From: Candidatus Bathyarchaeota archaeon
GTDB lineage: Archaea; Thermoproteota; Bathyarchaeia; TCS64
DNA length: 18,305 nt
Assembly: GCA_043826455.1 (NCBI GenBank)
Contig: JBDRQD010000012.1
Span: 1 to 18,305 of the forward strand
Direction: 5' to 3'
The translations under genes and the position numbers were made by a program. Shown one piece after another: positions 14,311 through 18,305 of this stretch (positions are counted from its first letter, which is position 1; each line of letters begins with the position of its first letter). The notes under the pieces are model-generated. The model had not been told where the DNA came from. It worked only from the letters and a program-made list of their open reading frames with translations, and did no database searches.

Positions 14311-15492
14311 ATGGGTTCCAGGGGCCTGCGGTGGGAGTACAGCTACACGGTGCTCCTCATCACCTGGCTGGGTTGGATCAGCATCTACCTGGCCCGGAGC
14401 GTGCTGCCCCCTGTGCTGCCCATCCTGGCGGAGGAGCTGGGCTTTACCTACACCCAGTCGGGGCTCCTGGAGACCGCGTACCTCATCGGCTACATAGTCA
14501 TCAAGATGCCCGCCGGGGCCCTGAGCAACAGGTTCGGCGCCCGGAAGGTTCTGGCCGTCAGCATGGTGGGTTACGGGGCCGCCACTTTCCTCGTCTCAGG
14601 GGCAAAGGGGTTCGCAGACATCTTCGTCCTCCGGCTCCTCGTCGGCCTCTTCCAGGGGGTCCACCTACCCGTGGCCAACGCGCTTCTCTCGGACAGGTTC
14701 GGGCACAGGCAGAGCAGGGCCATAGGGTTCAACGAGTCGGGGGCCAACATAGGCAACACCCTGGCGTTCCCCATCACAGTCACCATCGCCTCAAGCCTGG
14801 GGTGGAGGTACGCCTTCATGTTCCTCAGCCTACCCGCCTTCCTCCTCAGCGTAGCCACCTTCGCTCTGATGAAGGAGGAGAAGCCGGCCCCCTCTGAGGC
14901 TGATGTTAAGCCCAACGGTAGGCTGAGGGACTACACATGGGTGCTGGCGCCCTTCGCCCTGAGCCACGGCGTCTACAACCTGGTGCTCCGCGTCACCTAC
15001 GCGTTCACCCCCAGCTTCCTGGTGGAGTTCAAGGGCATGGATGTGGCCACGGCTGGGCTGGTGGCCACTATTCTGCCTCTTGCGGGTATCTTCGCCAAGC
15101 TGGCCAGCGGCCTTGTGGTGGAGCGGCTGGGCAGGAGGCTCAGCATATGCGGGGCGTCGGCCCTCAGCGCCGTGTTCCTCGCCACGCTGGTGTTGTTCCC
15201 CAGCGGCGCCTACCTGGGGGTGAACCTGGTGCTTCTGGGCCTCACCCTGTACAGCTTCAGCCCCATAATATACTCGTCTACGACCCAGTCCCTGCCATCA
15301 GAGTACAAGTCGCTGGGCCTGGGGGCCGTCACCATGTTCGGCAACATGGTGGGCGCCGTGTCCACCAGCGTTGTCGGCGCCCTCATAGACCTCCGGGGCT
15401 TCAGCTTCACATTCCTGGCCATCTCCGCGGCTACCATCCTGTCCTCGGCGCTCATCGCCGCGGTGATGCGGGGAGAAGACGGGAGTGGATGA
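14311..15492 (+). CDS. MFS transporter
   Basis: About 12 hydrophobic segments, GALSNRFGARK and ERLGRR loops. ATG 14311, alternative TTG 14287. Confidence 0.9.
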   Translation: MGSRGLRWEYSYTVLLITWLGWISIYLARSVLPPVLPILAEELGFTYTQSGLLETAYLIGYIVIKMPAGALSNRFGARKVLAVSMVGYGAATFLVSGAKGFADIFVLRLLVGLFQGVHLPVANALLSDRFGHRQSRAIGFNESGANIGNTLAFPITVTIASSLGWRYAFMFLSLPAFLLSVATFALMKEEKPAPSEADVKPNGRLRDYTWVLAPFALSHGVYNLVLRVTYAFTPSFLVEFKGMDVATAGLVATILPLAGIFAKLASGLVVERLGRRLSICGASALSAVFLATLVLFPSGAYLGVNLVLLGLTLYSFSPIIYSSTTQSLPSEYKSLGLGAVTMFGNMVGAVSTSVVGALIDLRGFSFTFLAISAATILSSALIAAVMRGEDGSG

Positions 15493-15544
15493 GCGCTGTG
15501 AACATGATCGTAACTCTTTTCACGTTTCCGTCATCGTCCTAGCC

Positions 15545-15907
15545 ATGGTCCAAGTGGGGGTGCTCCGGATGAGGTTCGAGTCACCTGAGAGGGCTGAGGC
15601 GGCGGGCGCCAGGTTCAGCGGGTGCCCCAAGGTGCACTTCTGGGGCCGCAGCGGCGCTGAGGCCTTCATCGTCCTGAAGGTGCCTGAGGGGGGCCGCTTC
15701 TGGTCCGACTTCATCAGGGACAACCCAGGGGCGTCCTTCAGCGGCGTGGAGGCGCAGCTCACCTACCTCGACGATGTCCACGTGCCGTCCGAGGTTCACG
15801 TGAGCTTCGAGAAGGAGGAGGGCGACGTGTCGCCATGCGGCAGCGTGTGCCGGACGTGCCCTAGCCTGGAGCGGTGCGGCGGCTGCCCTGCCCTGAACTT
15901 AGGTTAG
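15545..15907 (+). CDS. Cys-rich protein resembling the C-terminal part of archaeal Lrp/AsnC-like regulators, without HTH (120 aa)
   Basis: CPKVHF in an alpha/beta domain and terminal PCGSVCRTCPSLERCGGCP. Start uncertain (15485 possible). Confidence 0.6.
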   Translation: MVQVGVLRMRFESPERAEAAGARFSGCPKVHFWGRSGAEAFIVLKVPEGGRFWSDFIRDNPGASFSGVEAQLTYLDDVHVPSEVHVSFEKEEGDVSPCGSVCRTCPSLERCGGCPALNLG

Positions 15908-17020
15908 CTCCTCCACCATGGCGGCCACCATCTCGGCGATGGCGGGGCTGCTGGTGAGGCCGGGGCTCTCTATGCCTACGAGGTTTATGAGGCCGGGTAG
16001 GCCGCGGTCCTCCTCGTGCCTTATGACGAAGTCGCGGACCGGCTCACCGGGGCCCTGGAGCTTGGCGCGGATGCCGCTCATGTCGGGGTGGAGGTCGTCC
16101 GGGCCTACGGTTGGGAAGTACCTTACCACGTCCCTCCAGAAGGGCGTCTTGTCCGACTCCACCGCGTAGCCGATCTCCTTCACGTAGTAGGCGTTGGGCC
16201 CGAACTTGGTACGGCCCGTGAGGTCCGGGACGCTGTGGATGCCCAGGCTGGTCTTGTCCTTGGGCTCAGGGGGGTATACGAGCATGGTGGCGGGGGGCCT
16301 GCCTCGGAGGCTGAAGTAGTCGCCCTTGCACCAGTGTATCCTGTAGCCGGCCTCGTCTATGTCGATGCCGGCCATCTCCGCCACCTTGTCGGCGTAGAGA
16401 CCGGCGCTGTTGATGACGACGCCTACCTCGATCTGGAAGGGGTCCCCGCCGGTGACCATCTCGACTATGTATCCGCTGCCGGTCTGCCTTACGCCTGTGA
16501 CCTCGGTGTCCAACACTAGTGGGTCCTGGCCGGCCTTCCTCCTGGCCTCCCTGTAGAAGTGGTCCATGAGGCCGTGGGCGTCTATGATGCCCGTAGTGGG
16601 GCTATGGACGGCGGCGTCGGCCTTGACGTGGGGCTCCAGCCTGTGGACCTGGTCAGCGTCCAGCATCTCCAGGTCCCGGGCGCCGCACTGGGTGGCCTTC
16701 TCCATGAGTTCCTCGATCTGCTTGATCTCGTCCTCGCCGTTAGCTACTATCAGCTTGCCCAGCCGCTTGTGGGGTACCTTGTGCTTCTCGCAGAGCTCGT
16801 AGATGGTGGGGTTGGCCTTGACGCATAGCTGGGCCTTGAGGCTGCCTTTGGGGTAGTAGATGCCTGCGTGGATTACCTCGCTGTTTCTGCTGCTGGTGCC
16901 CTGGCCGTAGGTCTGCTCCCGCTCCAGGACGTACATGTCCCTGCCCTTGGACGCTATCTCTGAGGCTATTGCCAGGCCTACGACTCCGGCGCCTATGACT
17001 ACGACGTCTACGCGGTCCAA
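15899..17020 (-). CDS. FAD-dependent oxidoreductase, L-2-hydroxyglutarate oxidase (LhgO)/GlpA-like
   Basis: VVIGAGVVGLA, TSSRNSEVIHAGIYY, NSAGLYAD and GIESPGLTSSPAIA. Confidence 0.9.
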   Translation of the reverse strand: MDRVDVVVIGAGVVGLAIASEIASKGRDMYVLEREQTYGQGTSSRNSEVIHAGIYYPKGSLKAQLCVKANPTIYELCEKHKVPHKRLGKLIVANGEDEIKQIEELMEKATQCGARDLEMLDADQVHRLEPHVKADAAVHSPTTGIIDAHGLMDHFYREARRKAGQDPLVLDTEVTGVRQTGSGYIVEMVTGGDPFQIEVGVVINSAGLYADKVAEMAGIDIDEAGYRIHWCKGDYFSLRGRPPATMLVYPPEPKDKTSLGIHSVPDLTGRTKFGPNAYYVKEIGYAVESDKTPFWRDVVRYFPTVGPDDLHPDMSGIRAKLQGPGEPVRDFVIRHEEDRGLPGLINLVGIESPGLTSSPAIAEMVAAMVEELT

Positions 17021-17084
17021 GCTGAATCAGAGAAAGGATTGCGGACTTCCTTAAAGCGTGTTCGATGGAAAAAGGGGTGGGGGG

Positions 17085-17618
17085 CTACTTGGTTTCCTTG
17101 TACCACTCCTCGGGGGCGCTGTCCTTCTCGGGGTCGTAGCCGCTGGGCAGCAGCTCCTCTATGCCCAGTATCTCGGTGATGAAGACCTCCACGACGCCCT
17201 TCACGATGGTTCCTTCCACCAGGTGTCCTCCGACTGTGGGCACATTCCAGGCGCCGCCGATGACGTAGTGGATGGCGGGGAAGGGCTCGGGCTTGCCTTT
17301 GACGAGGCGTGTGTGGATCATGCCGCTCATGGCTACAAGCATCGAGAGGTTCTCGTAGCTGGCGGCGGTCTCGTTGTGCCAGTTGCCTGGGTCACGGTTG
17401 TCGGGTGTCCACATGTACATCTTTGCTGGGCTGAAGCCGCCCATGAAGGCGGCGTGTATCTTTCCGAACCTTATCTTCTTGTCTTTGGCGAACTGCTGTA
17501 TGGCTTTGAATACGTCTGCGCCGGTTGTGAGCCTTATTATGAACTCGCGTCCGCTGCGGCACTCCACTGAGTGGTACTCTGCGGGGTGGGTTGCTTCTCT
17601 CTCCCATGGGTCCTTCAT
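17085..17618 (-). CDS. PPC/DUF296-domain protein
   Basis: IRLTTGADV...I..FA, SGMI, IHYVIG and VGGHL..GT pattern. Confidence 0.75.
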   Translation of the reverse strand: MKDPWEREATHPAEYHSVECRSGREFIIRLTTGADVFKAIQQFAKDKKIRFGKIHAAFMGGFSPAKMYMWTPDNRDPGNWHNETAASYENLSMLVAMSGMIHTRLVKGKPEPFPAIHYVIGGAWNVPTVGGHLVEGTIVKGVVEVFITEILGIEELLPSGYDPEKDSAPEEWYKETK

Positions 17619-17699
17619 AATGGTCAGGAAAATGGGGGAGCCTCAGGCAATAAAGCCTTGGCTGGTTACCGTTTCCGGAAGGTTACGGGGCTGGGCGGG

Positions 17700-18131
17700 T
17701 TAGCTGACCCGCATGAGTGCGTCGAGGATACCGAGCTGTGCTGGGCTGGCCCGCACTATGTCGGTGGTGCTGAGGAGTCCTACGAGTTTGTCGCCTTCTA
17801 CTACGGGTAGGCGTTTGATCTTCTTGGCGGCCATGATCCTGGATGCTTCTTCGAGGGCGGCGTTCTGGTCTATTGTGATGAGGGGGCTGCTCATTATGTC
17901 TTTGGCCCAGACGGTGGTGGGGTCCATCCTGGGCTCGACGATGCGTCTGAGGATGTTGGCCTCGGTTATGATTCCGACGGGTCGGCCGCTGGCTGTGACG
18001 ATCACTGAGCCGATGTCGAACTTGTTCATCTTCTGCACCGCCTGGTGGACGGTGTCGTCGGTTTTCACGGTTTTTATATTTTTGGACATTACGTCTCTCA
18101 CGATGATGAGTCCGCTCATAGAATCACTCAT
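17700..18131 (-). CDS. Tandem CBS-domain protein
   Basis: VRDVMSK, IGSVIV, VGIITE, KDIMSSPLITI, IKRLPVV and VGLLSTTDI. Confidence 0.93.
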   Translation of the reverse strand: MSDSMSGLIIVRDVMSKNIKTVKTDDTVHQAVQKMNKFDIGSVIVTASGRPVGIITEANILRRIVEPRMDPTTVWAKDIMSSPLITIDQNAALEEASRIMAAKKIKRLPVVEGDKLVGLLSTTDIVRASPAQLGILDALMRVS

Positions 18132-18305
18132 GAATGATTTGATGCCTGGGCTTTTAATGTTTAGCTGGGGCCTTGTACCTAGCTACTTGGTATAAGGCGA
18201 TTTTAGGGAGGTTCCTCAGCGTTTCCAGGGGTTTGCTACAAACCCATTGTAATAAAGCATTTTTTATTGTGCATGGCCGCGGGGGGGGGGGGGGGAGTCG
18301 TCGTC

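Noticed and set aside
18281..18295. G15 run at the window end
   Set aside because: Likely a sequencing or assembly artefact, and there is too little flanking context to interpret it.

Overview
High-GC archaeal DNA, judged from RadA, a Hef-like helicase, DUF2153 and TATA-type promoters. A Bathyarchaeia-like host is an inference from gene style, not a result. About 1-8060 looks like one end of an integrated virus- or plasmid-like element. It starts with a leftward chain of tiny, SD-led, translationally coupled ORFs (two membrane proteins and a DUF6011/zinc-ribbon protein). Two divergent ribbon-helix-helix (RHH) regulators follow, separated by five helically phased 10-bp repeats. Next is a co-oriented cassette of divergent RadA, a small conserved protein and a Hef/FANCM helicase whose ERCC4 nuclease is replaced by putative winged-helix and OB-like domains. 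The element ends with a tyrosine integrase that has Ser at the box-I catalytic Arg position, and an AbrB/PIN (VapBC) toxin-antitoxin pair. About 8090-18305 is host-like: M19 dipeptidase, DUF2153, an MFS gene frameshifted in a G9 run, tRNA-Ser(GGA) with a degenerate copy of its 3' end 590 bp downstream enclosing one ORF, a VOC/S66/GNAT/MBL/MFS cluster, a Cys-rich protein, an FAD oxidoreductase, DUF296 and CBS proteins. The best candidate for an undescribed system is the RadA + small protein + nuclease-less Hef module lying between the integrase and the RHH switch. All family calls come from motif recognition by eye; no searches were run.
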